Below, in pieces: positions 10,101 to 18,716 of a stretch of DNA of 38,303 nucleotides. A program made the position numbers and the translations under genes. The first letter of the stretch is position 1. Each line of letters begins with the position of its first letter. A model generated the notes under the pieces. That model was not told the origin of the DNA and did not search any database. It saw only the letters and a list, made by a program, of their open reading frames with translations. Origin of the DNA: a virus; UHGV virus genome UHGV-0348957. One strand, 5' to 3'.

Positions 10101-13100
10101 CGTGGCGACGGAGGCCCGGACGCTGGAGGATGAGCTTGCGGAGAGCAAGGCGCAGGATGAGGCCGACGCGCAGGCGGCAGCGGATGAGGCGCGGGCGCCG
10201 GAGAATTCCCCGGAGGCACAGGAGGCGCGGCGCGAGCGGGAGCAGGCCCGCGTGGAGGCGCTGGGCGAGCCGGATGGGTCAGGGGTGTTTAACGGGGCGT
10301 TTATTGAGGTTCAGGAGGGGGTGCGCCAGGGGTTTATTGAGAAGTCCCGGCTGACGCTTTGCCCGGATGTGCCCCAGTTTAAGCAGGGGGCGGATGAACA
10401 GACCGGGGTGGTGAATCCGATTGTGGGGGCATGGCAGCGCAATGCCGCGCCGATTTCCGTGTGGAGGCGGAAGGATGGCGCCCTGCAGGTGATCAGCGGC
10501 CGGCACCGTTTTAACGCCTGCACGGATGAGGATATTAATTGCACGGTGTATGATGAGGCGGCCGGGTTTGATTTGGATTGGGCGCAGACGCATGATGTGG
10601 AGAATAATATCCGGGACGGGCAGGCTTCCCTGTTTGAGATTGCCCGTTATGTGAGCCGGAAGCGTTTGACGAAGGAGGAGGCGGTGGAAAGGGGGATTTT
10701 CCGCAAGGGGCAGTCCCGCCGCGGAGTGGAACTGGGCCTGTACGGCTGTTCCGATTTGCTGGACGCGCTGGGGAATGAGCTTGTTTCTCCGGATGACGCC
10801 TGGCGCGTGGCGATGGCGTTCCGCAATCAGAACGAGGTGCAGCGGGCCGGGCTGCGTGCCCTGATGGAGGGGAAGAGCTGGCAGGCCGCTTTGGCCGTGA
10901 TGCAGGTGGCCGCGAATATGGACCGCATCCGCGGGCTGGCGGAGGCGGCCGGGATGACGTTTGAGACGGATTTGTTCGGCAATTCCCACGCGGAGGAGTA
11001 TTTTTCAAGGCTGGCCCAGTACGCCGCCGCCCGCGTGAGCGAGCTGACGAGGGAGATTTCTTCCATTAGCGGGGCGAGCAGACGCCCGGAGACGGCCAGG
11101 AAGTATGGCGTGGATGTGAGGGATGCCGCCGCGCTGGAGGCGGTGGTGAAGGATTTGAAGGCGCAGAGGGCCCGATGGCAGAATTTCGGCCTACATGAGG
11201 ATTTGATTAAGGAGGCCAATGACGCCGTGATGGTGGAGCTGGGGGTGAAGACGCGAGAGGAGGTGGACCGGGAGAACGGCGTTCTTCCTTTGGAGGCGCC
11301 GGAACAGGAGGCGGGTTCCGCCGATACGGGGATGTTGCAGCTTTCCCAGGATGTGAGCCGGATGCTGGACGCGGCGCTGACGAGGTGGGCCGCCCCTGCG
11401 GAAGATGAGGCTCCCGCAGCGAATTTTTCCCTGGTGTCCATTTCTTCCGGGGATGTGGTGAGTTCCGCCGCCGGGATGCGGGCGAGGTTGAAGCCGTTGC
11501 AGGGCAAGGTGTTCGTCAATAAGAATACGGGGATCCAGGCCGTGATTGAGGCGCGCGTTTCCGGCAAGACGGTGGGCAAGGCCGGGGCTTCACAAATGTC
11601 CGTGGCGAATTTGAAGGCGCTTGGGTTTTCCGCGGAGGAGGCCCGGAGGGTTCATTATACGGCGGCCACCCGCATTCATGAGTTGTTTGAGAATGCGGAG
11701 GATGGATTTTTTGAAGAGGCGTATAAACAAGATGCCTCAAAAGCCGGAGCCTATCATTTTTTCAATACAGTAGATATTGAAGGGATAGGAGCGTTTGATG
11801 TTAATGTTACAGCAATCAAATACGTTAAGGAACAGGAAGGTAACGTTCTTTACACGCTGGAATTGACCATAGAAAACCCCGCCACTAGGGGAGCTGCTAG
11901 CCGGGAAGGCCGCCTACCTACACCCTTCAAGGACGGGGTTTCTACCCGTAATTTATCTTCTTACCGTTCTTTTGTCGAGAAGGAAAAGGCGGCTGTCAGG
12001 AAGAAGGCGGAGTCTGACGGGACGTTCATGAAGGCTCCGAATGGGAAGGATACGAACCTGACGGAAGACCAGTGGCTTTCCGTGCGCACGGAGGCGTTTA
12101 AGAGTTGGTTTGGCGATTGGGAGCATGACCCGGAGAACGCTTCCAAGGTAGTGGACGAGAATGGGGAGCCGCTGGTGGTGTATCATGGTTCCCCGCATGT
12201 TTTTACCGTGTTTGACGTGGAGCGTTCCGGAGAGAATTTTAACCGGAGCCGGGAGGATGGAGGGTTGTTGTTTTTTTCTTCCCTGCCGGAGACGGCGGAA
12301 GATGTGCTTTATGATTTAGAGGGACGTTTTCCGGGGACCGGGTTGGAGAGTGCGCGGCTGTATGCGTGTTTTATGAGGTTGAGGCGTCCGTTTATGCTGG
12401 ATCTTGGCGATGCTTCACAGCGCCCGTTTTCCGGGGAAGGTGTGCCGGAGAACGTGAAGGGTTCCCCGATGGCGTGGTATTTGTTTCCTCACGAGTTGAG
12501 GAGAGGGTTTGATGAGGGGAATGCTCATGGCGCGGGTTATGACGGTGTTGTTTTGAAGGGCAAGAATGCTTATGACGGGAGTCCGGAGGTGTGGGGGATG
12601 GCTACGGATTCCCGGCAGGTGAAGAGCGCTGTCGATAACCGCGGGACGTTTGATTCAGATAGTCCGGATATTACGTTTTCCATTATTGGGGAGAAGGCTG
12701 AATCCTTCCAGGAGTACCACAATAACGGCCTTTCCTACACGGATCCGGCGGACGGGAAGCGGAAGGCGATTATTGATTCCCGCGGGGTGCGGTTGAGGAA
12801 GGAGCACGTCAGCGTGAGCGAGGGGGGGCATGTGAATGTTTCCCTGGCCGCGGCCCTGGATTTTCCGGAACTGTTCCGGGCCTACCCGGAGCTGCGGAGG
12901 CTGCGGGTGGATTTTTACCGCGACAGCGGGAGCGGCACGGGAGGGTTTACCGATCCGCAGGAGCATTATATTGCCGTGAATGTGGCACGGGGCGGGAAGA
13001 ACGCGGCTCCCGGCATGGTGCTGGATACGATTTTACACGAGGTGCAGCATGTGATTCAGGGGTATGAGGGGTTTGCCCAGGGGGCCGGGAGCATGAGCCG

Positions 13101-16100
13101 GGAGCAGGCGCTTGCTTATCTGGGCGGGAGCATGAGCCAGCTGGCGGGCCGGGGCGACGACTGGGCGAAGGCGGCCCTACCCCGCCTGGAGCGGATGAAG
13201 CGGGAGCTGGAGGCTGGGACGTTGCAGCCGGCGTTTGTGTATGTTTTTTCCCACGGGGAGCAGGAGGCGCGGCTGGCCGGGACGTTTGAGAAGAATAGCG
13301 AGGGGGTCTTGATGAGCGGGCTGAACGGGTTCCGGCTGCTGGACGCTCCGCAGTTTTCGATTCCGCTGACGGGGGATATTACGGAGCTTGGCGGCATTAC
13401 GTTCGGGGCCGGGAGGTTTGGACGGATGGCCGGCAGGGTTCTGGCTCCGAACGGGGATTGGCTTTACGATGAGATGGTGTTCAGGATGCGGGCCGCCACG
13501 CAGCGGTCCGTGAGTAAGCTGCGCCTGTTTGAGACCGGGGACCGGGAGCGCGGCCTTGAGCTGCTGGCGGAGGCGCAGGAGCTGATTTCCACGGTGGAGC
13601 GGTATTTGCCTGATTCTTACGGGTTCGGGCTGGAACCTTACAAGATCTGGCTGAATGTGTTTTCCCTGCTTTACGGGAATAGCGGGAAGATGGCGCCGGG
13701 CGATGCGGTGGCCAGCGCGTTGGAAGCGATTCCGATGAGGAGGTGGCCGGAGATTATGGAGGGGAGCATTGGCAGGAGTTTTGTCAATTGGGCGGAGAAG
13801 AGGCCGGAGCTGGAGGATGTGGTGGTGGAGGCCCGGAGGGAGATTGCCGAACGGCAGGCCGATTACGAGCTGGATTCTGCTCCGGACGCGGATAACAGGG
13901 CCGCCCTGGCGGCCCGCAAGGGGGTGGAACAGGAGGTGTGGCGCCGGTTGTTTGAGGAGCACGGGGCCGAGTTTCTGGAGGAGTACGGGGAGCAGAAGGT
14001 GTTCCGGCTTGTAGGGAAGTTTATGGAGCGCGTGGTGGAGCAGATTGACCGCTTCCGGAAGGACCGGACGCTGGGGCGCATCCGCCGCGTGGCGGCTTCC
14101 GTGGCTCCGCGGACGAATCCGCAGGGGAAGCCGATGCGCGGGAAGATGGACGCGGAGAGTTACCGGAGGCTGGAGAGGTGCTTGCGCCTGCTGGAGATGA
14201 CCGAGAGCCAGTACGATGAGTTTTTCCAGAAGAATTTTCCGGAGGATGCCGAAGAGGGGAAGAGGTGGGAGGATCTGGCCCCGGATGCGCTGGTGCTGGT
14301 GACGCTGCCCGACGCGGAAGGGAGGCTGGAAGAGGTGGCCGTAACGCAGCGGGAGTTTGAGGTTTACGCCTGTTATGAACGGATGGACGTGAATACCGCG
14401 GAGAAGTGCGGCGCGGCCCTTGGAGAATTGATTGCCACGTCCCGCCATGCCTGGGAGAACGCAGCGGAGAAGAAGAAGCTGGAGGTTGCCGCCATGGCCG
14501 CCCCACTGCTGCAGGCCACCGGGGAGTTGGATGATAACAGGATGGCGACGTTCCGCCGGAAGGCGAGGCTGCGGGCCCTCCCCAAGAAGCCCCTTTCCCT
14601 GTTTGATTATCTGATGAATTTTAATCAGTATATGCAGGCGCTTTCTTCCGTGGAGCCGTTTGCCGGGGTTGCCCGCCAGTTTGAGGAACGGGCGGCGCGG
14701 TTTAATGTGCAGCGGCAGGCGAGCGAGAAGGAGATGCTGCGTTTTGTGCATCATACCGTAGCGGAGATTGCGGGGTCCGCGGACCGGTATGATATTGCCG
14801 AGTGGATTTATGAGGGGCGCATGAAGCAGGATACGGGGATTTCCGTTGTGGAGCGGGAACCGGATTGGAACAGGAAAGCAAACGCCCTGTACCGGGAACG
14901 CCTTCTTCATTTGCTGCGCCGGAAGGTGAAGTCCCACGGGCTGGAAGCGGTGCAGCTTTATTTGAGGGAGTTTAAGCTTTCCGAGGATTTGAAGAAGGAG
15001 GTGAACGCCCTGTTCGGGCACCGCCGCAAGGAGATTTCCGCCAAGCAGGCGAAGAAGGCATTGGAGCACATGGAGCGCGTGTTTACGCAGAAGGAGTGGG
15101 AGCGGTACGGGGACCAGAAGGTTTTTGCGAGGGAGCGGGCGGAGATGCTGCGCTCCAGGACGAAGTACGCCAAAGAGGGGTATCAGCCGAAGAGTTTCCG
15201 GCTGGATGGCCTGTCCCGGATGGAGGCGGCGTATTTGGTGCTGTTGTCCGAGCAGGCGGATTATACCGAGGCCCTGGCGGAACGCGGGTTTGACGCGGAG
15301 GTGATGGACCAGCTGCGCGGGTTTGCCGGGGATGAGGTGATGCAGTTTGCTTACGCCTTGAGAGAGAAATTGAATGAACGGAGCGGACAGGTGCAGGAGA
15401 TGACCGAGAGGCGCTACGGCACGCCGTTTCCGCTGACGGAGAATTATTTCCGGGCGTTTTTCGATGTGACGATGGAGGCGATTGATAAGTCGATTGCTGA
15501 TGCGGCGTCTTACGGGGAAGCGGCCACAGGCGGGAAGTTCGGGTTGATTCACGCCCGCCGGAAGCATCAGGCACACCTGGATTTGGAGATGGATGTTTGC
15601 ACGGCGTTTATGGCGGCCATGACCGAGCAGGATCTTTACCTGTATGGTTCCGAGATCAGCCGTGATTTGCGGGCCCTGCTGAATTTTAAGGGTGAGGATG
15701 GCGAGGCGGGCCGGAGCCTGGAGGTGCTGTTGGGGCGGGATGCCGTGGGCAAGCTGATGGCCTGGGCGGATGCGTTTGACCGCGCCGGGGCGGAGAGTAT
15801 CCGGGGGCACCTGGATATGAACCGCCTGATGAACCGGCTTTCCGGCGCGGCGGCGCGGGTGCTGCTGGCCGGGCGCGTGGGGACGCTGACCAAGCAGGTG
15901 ACGACAGTGATTAACGCGATGTATGCTTCCGACGAGATTGGCCTTGCCGAGTGGCTGGGGGCCGTCCGCCGGTATCACGCCGGGAAGCTGGTGAAGCCTG
16001 TGCGCGAGATAGAGGCTCTGCCGGAGCTGGACAGCCGCGACAAGACGCGGTTCAGCGCTACGCTGGCTGCCATGGGGGCCGACGAGGCCGGGCGCCGGGT

Positions 16101-16965
16101 GTCCCGCCTGGAACGCTGGAACCGGGAGGGGATGGATTTGCTGGAGCGGGTGGATATGAAGGGGAATGCGATTTCCGCGGCTATTTTGTACGATGCGGTT
16201 TACCGGAAGATGAAGCGTGAGACGCCGGACGCTGCGGAGGCCGAGCTTGACGCGGCCGCCATGGCGGAGGTGCGGCGCTCCCTGTCCCGCAAGGGTCAGC
16301 CGATGACGCAGCTGCAGAAGTCCCTGGCCGCGCAGCACCGAACCTGGATGCAGGCGGGGATGTTGTTCCTGGGCGGCGAGTCAATCAATACGATGGGCAA
16401 TGTGTTTTCCCTGGCCCGCAGCGGGCAATGGGGGAAGGCCGGGTTGATGTGGGTTTCTCACGGGGTGGTGCTTGCGATTCTGAATGGCCTGCTTAATTTC
16501 ATGACCGATGACGAGAAGCGCCGCCGGAAACGGGAGTGGTGGCACGCCCTGTTTGATGTGGTGATGGGGCCCGTGATGGGGATTCCTGTAGTAAGCGGGC
16601 TGGCTGGTGAGGGCGTGAGGCAGCTTGCGAAGCTGTGCGGGTATCATGCTTTTATGCCGGGGAATAATTTGCTGGTGCCGTTTTCTAATGCGGCGGATAT
16701 CGGGAAGGCGTTTTCCAACGCCTGGAAGTTGTTTGACGGCAAGGAACGGCCCTGGGAGGATGACGCCCTTTCTTTCCACGAGCTTTTACGCACCGCAGTA
16801 GCGGGGACGGTGGCTTTTTCTCCACGGACAACCAAGGGGGGCGCCGCTGCTGTAGGAGCCGCCCTGACGATGGCGCTTCTGCTGAATGTGACGGAGTTTG
16901 CCCTTAAAACAGTCCGCAGCGTTCAGGAGAACGGTGCGGACTGGGATAAGTGGGTTGGGAAGTAG
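7180..16965 (+). CDS. Giant polyvalent virion protein (3261 aa): ParB-like nuclease domain, ART-like (ADP-ribosyltransferase, polyvalent-protein type) module, HExxH zincin-like metallopeptidase, hydrophobic C-terminal segments
   Basis: ParB motif: GALQVISGRHRFNAC (~nt 10476-10520). ART-like: FKSWFGDWE...PLVVYHGSPHVFTVFDVERSG...LLFFSS (~nt 12097-12290). Zincin: MVLDTILHEVQHVIQGYEGF (~nt 13020-13080). Predicted C-terminal TM-like segments AGLMWVSHGVVLAILNGLLNF, VVMGPVMGIPVVSGLAG, AAAVGAALTMALLLNV (~nt 16350-16930). The single ORF has uniform codon usage. Confidence 0.75.
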   Translation: MFAQDVFERLGLSQDMDLLKELQKEALLEPTEAAQSPYMDDPAYAGFETLRGLFGSNHGDNPSMYWLAQGKEMPEFATVADAQAAVWKDFQKKARACQAEQERQQQAREALAATIDPFIDRYVRGDTVVPSPEQVMMMQEAGISWESVRRARRGMQLVREYDAQGTLYDDRIINNLAEQVGDDELARRIVLNMFYNDARKYAKDKHGDEWTGIDWIDKAAQGVTGMVRTGGVKGWRTGQKAWRNLQVMGEVDAVTNAAKRLPELIASGMDVDEARAQIEKDATFLEIRRRWAADLVETMEAGEKEYLEGEDRHLVGRIGSQLGSIIGDTAPWFIPAIGPAIGASSAMQSRRDEGVSIGLTMEETEKRAMMFGQADALEEMIAFSPIGRLTPGYKWLKKALGGGKAAGKLAPWRAQWMASPKAQYAIQGLSGAAEEAIFEPTAGYLMRTVQSMNLTDERGKQTFRQYLDDMGQMMHGEQGLALLAFTFGMSGFNYPQIKKAAQEFGLSLQHYKELGGTVQGYLEAREEKTAEGFLNKALSNLHDSWMEDPQASMERASAAAGERLSGERIESLRELDAWRAAEDAGMVPRVEPAEQEGMFRVYAPARGTEAPREDASVSGEGQEEGAPSYTLMDGEQMTAYLQAFVDADMEHAIVGAQHLLAGDVTVGQALAQGRFDAAEVITRTVTDEQTGAERVVIAPETLGQMKARADMAMAAIRALEAEGVSYEEAAARMDASLSEHIPLGTLVQTWEESQERIRTEQARNPEFKAPAMDAPFSNAYVTKVRRGDTFRRVLRYARGSATVEDLMEETMEQAVISWQAEQGLSWDEFGAMLQEAQRVMIELFPEARGEEMQFIHLDAGKPVTGHDAIEAFSKIGRSRWLADTVRSTSLPSWLRKLLNHLVKFLGYFKARVELGEMVRQAEEQGVFSLPVRQALAVMLDAGNALYRDQQGDLMELSMERARAQAGLDAMFGAGVATEARTLEDELAESKAQDEADAQAAADEARAPENSPEAQEARREREQARVEALGEPDGSGVFNGAFIEVQEGVRQGFIEKSRLTLCPDVPQFKQGADEQTGVVNPIVGAWQRNAAPISVWRRKDGALQVISGRHRFNACTDEDINCTVYDEAAGFDLDWAQTHDVENNIRDGQASLFEIARYVSRKRLTKEEAVERGIFRKGQSRRGVELGLYGCSDLLDALGNELVSPDDAWRVAMAFRNQNEVQRAGLRALMEGKSWQAALAVMQVAANMDRIRGLAEAAGMTFETDLFGNSHAEEYFSRLAQYAAARVSELTREISSISGASRRPETARKYGVDVRDAAALEAVVKDLKAQRARWQNFGLHEDLIKEANDAVMVELGVKTREEVDRENGVLPLEAPEQEAGSADTGMLQLSQDVSRMLDAALTRWAAPAEDEAPAANFSLVSISSGDVVSSAAGMRARLKPLQGKVFVNKNTGIQAVIEARVSGKTVGKAGASQMSVANLKALGFSAEEARRVHYTAATRIHELFENAEDGFFEEAYKQDASKAGAYHFFNTVDIEGIGAFDVNVTAIKYVKEQEGNVLYTLELTIENPATRGAASREGRLPTPFKDGVSTRNLSSYRSFVEKEKAAVRKKAESDGTFMKAPNGKDTNLTEDQWLSVRTEAFKSWFGDWEHDPENASKVVDENGEPLVVYHGSPHVFTVFDVERSGENFNRSREDGGLLFFSSLPETAEDVLYDLEGRFPGTGLESARLYACFMRLRRPFMLDLGDASQRPFSGEGVPENVKGSPMAWYLFPHELRRGFDEGNAHGAGYDGVVLKGKNAYDGSPEVWGMATDSRQVKSAVDNRGTFDSDSPDITFSIIGEKAESFQEYHNNGLSYTDPADGKRKAIIDSRGVRLRKEHVSVSEGGHVNVSLAAALDFPELFRAYPELRRLRVDFYRDSGSGTGGFTDPQEHYIAVNVARGGKNAAPGMVLDTILHEVQHVIQGYEGFAQGAGSMSREQALAYLGGSMSQLAGRGDDWAKAALPRLERMKRELEAGTLQPAFVYVFSHGEQEARLAGTFEKNSEGVLMSGLNGFRLLDAPQFSIPLTGDITELGGITFGAGRFGRMAGRVLAPNGDWLYDEMVFRMRAATQRSVSKLRLFETGDRERGLELLAEAQELISTVERYLPDSYGFGLEPYKIWLNVFSLLYGNSGKMAPGDAVASALEAIPMRRWPEIMEGSIGRSFVNWAEKRPELEDVVVEARREIAERQADYELDSAPDADNRAALAARKGVEQEVWRRLFEEHGAEFLEEYGEQKVFRLVGKFMERVVEQIDRFRKDRTLGRIRRVAASVAPRTNPQGKPMRGKMDAESYRRLERCLRLLEMTESQYDEFFQKNFPEDAEEGKRWEDLAPDALVLVTLPDAEGRLEEVAVTQREFEVYACYERMDVNTAEKCGAALGELIATSRHAWENAAEKKKLEVAAMAAPLLQATGELDDNRMATFRRKARLRALPKKPLSLFDYLMNFNQYMQALSSVEPFAGVARQFEERAARFNVQRQASEKEMLRFVHHTVAEIAGSADRYDIAEWIYEGRMKQDTGISVVEREPDWNRKANALYRERLLHLLRRKVKSHGLEAVQLYLREFKLSEDLKKEVNALFGHRRKEISAKQAKKALEHMERVFTQKEWERYGDQKVFARERAEMLRSRTKYAKEGYQPKSFRLDGLSRMEAAYLVLLSEQADYTEALAERGFDAEVMDQLRGFAGDEVMQFAYALREKLNERSGQVQEMTERRYGTPFPLTENYFRAFFDVTMEAIDKSIADAASYGEAATGGKFGLIHARRKHQAHLDLEMDVCTAFMAAMTEQDLYLYGSEISRDLRALLNFKGEDGEAGRSLEVLLGRDAVGKLMAWADAFDRAGAESIRGHLDMNRLMNRLSGAAARVLLAGRVGTLTKQVTTVINAMYASDEIGLAEWLGAVRRYHAGKLVKPVREIEALPELDSRDKTRFSATLAAMGADEAGRRVSRLERWNREGMDLLERVDMKGNAISAAILYDAVYRKMKRETPDAAEAELDAAAMAEVRRSLSRKGQPMTQLQKSLAAQHRTWMQAGMLFLGGESINTMGNVFSLARSGQWGKAGLMWVSHGVVLAILNGLLNFMTDDEKRRRKREWWHALFDVVMGPVMGIPVVSGLAGEGVRQLAKLCGYHAFMPGNNLLVPFSNAADIGKAFSNAWKLFDGKERPWEDDALSFHELLRTAVAGTVAFSPRTTKGGAAAVGAALTMALLLNVTEFALKTVRSVQENGADWDKWVGK

Positions 16966-17082
16966 ATACAAAAACTTGCCTGTTGAAAATAATCGTGGGA
17001 GTGATATTTCCCAAATAATTCATATGGAAAGAGTATTGGGAAAAGATATCATGCATTCTATTTATTGCTATAATATTAGTAA

Positions 17083-17517
17083 TTAATCAGTTGGGAAAGA
17101 ATTTGTTTTTATACTTTTCCCTGTTCCCAATTTTATTTCTGCAAATTTTGCTCCCATTTTTTTCATTCTCTCGTAATCCTCTTGTGGATAATATACAGAA
17201 ACGTTAGAAAATGGTTCTAATTTAATAGGAAACGTCCCTCCATTAGAAATTCTGGCTTTCGCAGAAAAGTAATTTTGTTTATTATGCAATGGAAAATATA
17301 CATTTTGAATGTAAACAGCATCTCTTCCTTTATTAATAATTTCTATACTTATATAATGCTTTGTGTATGGCCCCCAACATCCTATAGCAAATCTAAAATT
17401 TGCTTCAACTTTTAATTTATCACGGGAATATTGACGATATGCTACAAATACACTAACTATAGTTGCTATTATACTTAATATAAAGCTTACATCTTCTCTT
17501 AAAATAGTAAATTCCAT
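17083..17517 (-). CDS. Membrane-anchored hypothetical protein (N-terminal TM helix), AT-rich accessory gene
   Basis: 144 aa; TM segment FILSIIATIVSVFVAY; low GC unlike the phage core. Confidence 0.5.
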   Translation of the reverse strand: MEFTILREDVSFILSIIATIVSVFVAYRQYSRDKLKVEANFRFAIGCWGPYTKHYISIEIINKGRDAVYIQNVYFPLHNKQNYFSAKARISNGGTFPIKLEPFSNVSVYYPQEDYERMKKMGAKFAEIKLGTGKSIKTNSFPTD

Positions 17518-17569
17518 TTATTTACTCCTCCACAGATTTTACAGTTATTGCCTCTGGGCGTAGCGCTGG

Positions 17570-18250
17570 CTATAAATGGGCTCCGTTTTTAATCAGTAAA
17601 TTCACAATATCAGATTGCCTATGTCCATGCACTCTTAAATAAAATAAAGGTGTCCATCCTTTAATATTCTTAGTATTAACATCTGCTCCATAGTTAATCA
17701 GCAATTGAAGCATTTCTGAGTTATTAGATAACACTGCTTGCCATATTGGAGGGTATACACTCTTTGTTCCTTGATGTATATTCGCTCCATTTTCCAAAAG
17801 AATCTTAGCAACTTCCAAATGATTGCCTCCAGAAGCAGCTATAAGAGGAGTAGAATCTCCACATAAGGCATTTACATCAGCCCCTCTTGATATTAGTAAC
17901 TTTGTTGTTTCTATAAAATGTTGTTCATTTTTTTTATTTGATGATATTGAAAAATATAATGCTGTCTCTCCTGTGTTGTATCTTGTCTCAATATTAGCCC
18001 CCTTATCTAATAACAATTTCACCATAGCAACATCACCATTATTTGCTGCTTCTAATAATGGGTTAAAATCGTATCTATGTTGGCGAACACTATTTATAGC
18101 TGCTCCTTTTTCAATCAAATCTTTTGCTTTCCCGACATCGGAAGATCTAACCGCTTCTTCCAACTGAATATTTAATTCAGCTTGTCTTTGTTGAGGAGAT
18201 ACACAAGAAACAATGCTCAATAAGCAAATAAATAGCACCACCTTTTTCAT
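17570..18250 (-). CDS. Ankyrin-repeat lipoprotein
   Basis: Signal peptide with lipobox-like MKKVVLFICLLSIVSC; at least 4 ANK repeats (e.g. FNPLLEAANNGDVAMVKLLLDKGANI, GDSTPLIAASGGNHLEVAKILLENGANI). Start chosen at the MKK ATG (18250). Confidence 0.75.
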   Translation of the reverse strand: MKKVVLFICLLSIVSCVSPQQRQAELNIQLEEAVRSSDVGKAKDLIEKGAAINSVRQHRYDFNPLLEAANNGDVAMVKLLLDKGANIETRYNTGETALYFSISSNKKNEQHFIETTKLLISRGADVNALCGDSTPLIAASGGNHLEVAKILLENGANIHQGTKSVYPPIWQAVLSNNSEMLQLLINYGADVNTKNIKGWTPLFYLRVHGHRQSDIVNLLIKNGAHL

Positions 18251-18261
18251 ACTTTTTCTAA

Positions 18262-18549
18262 CTATTTGTTTGATCCCCCACAAATCTTGCAGTTCACTCC
18301 GCTGGGCGTATCGCTGGCTCGTCCTTTACAAGCCCGGTAGTACCGGCAGTTTTTGTTATGGGTTTTGCCCGTTGAGCTGATCCAGTACGCTTTTTCTTCC
18401 GCTGCCGGTTTGGCTGCCGGTTTCCGGTGGTAGTGGTATTCCCCTGTTTTGCGGTTGTAGTGACCGCCGTTGGCGTCCAAGCCGCCAGGGTGCGCCTCCG
18501 AGAATGAAGTGAGGGAAATAACAGCTAAAATGAGAGAGAATAGTTTCAT
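18262..18549 (-). CDS. Small secreted Cys-rich protein with G-G-H-Y-N-x-K-T-G-E-Y-H-Y-H motif (YHYH-motif protein, tentative)
   Basis: Signal peptide MKLFSLILAVISLTSFSEA; YHYH motif; 4 Cys in C-terminal 30 aa (C-x5-C...C-x2-C). Confidence 0.55.
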   Translation of the reverse strand: MKLFSLILAVISLTSFSEAHPGGLDANGGHYNRKTGEYHYHRKPAAKPAAEEKAYWISSTGKTHNKNCRYYRACKGRASDTPSGVNCKICGGSNK

Positions 18550-18557
18550 ACAAATTC

Positions 18558-18587
18558 ATAATACCATGAAATAAAGAGAGTTGTAAA
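18558..18587 (-). promoter_or_regulatory. Sigma70-like promoter candidate (TTTACA-N18-TATTAT) directly upstream of the YHYH gene
   Basis: - strand reads TTTACAactctctttatttcatggTATTATgaatttgtATG; the -10 is only 8 nt from the ATG, which would imply a leaderless or near-leaderless transcript. Confidence 0.3.
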
Positions 18588-18675
18588 TAATTTGCTTAAC
18601 TCCTTCAAAAGCATTATGAAATGATTATTTCCAACATTTTAGGAGATATTTCCTTCTCGACTCTAGGTAGCAGTA

Positions 18676-18708
18676 ACAAAAAAGCCCCTGGCCCGGAGGC
18701 CAAGGGGC
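18676..18708 (-). terminator. Rho-independent terminator candidate downstream of the HTH gene (- strand)
   Basis: Imperfect GC-rich stem gccccttggcc/ggccaggggc followed by TTTTTT on the - strand. Confidence 0.4.
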
Positions 18709-18716
18709 GAAGTGTT

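Noticed and set aside
13177-16338. 1053-aa ORF on the - strand
   Set aside because: Antisense to the giant + strand gene; the product is low-complexity and Pro/Arg/Leu/His/Gln-rich, typical of GC-rich antisense frames. The same applies to 8254..9879, 10279..10989, 10827..11579, 26481..27239, 30386..31228, 33294..34043 and 34227..35621.
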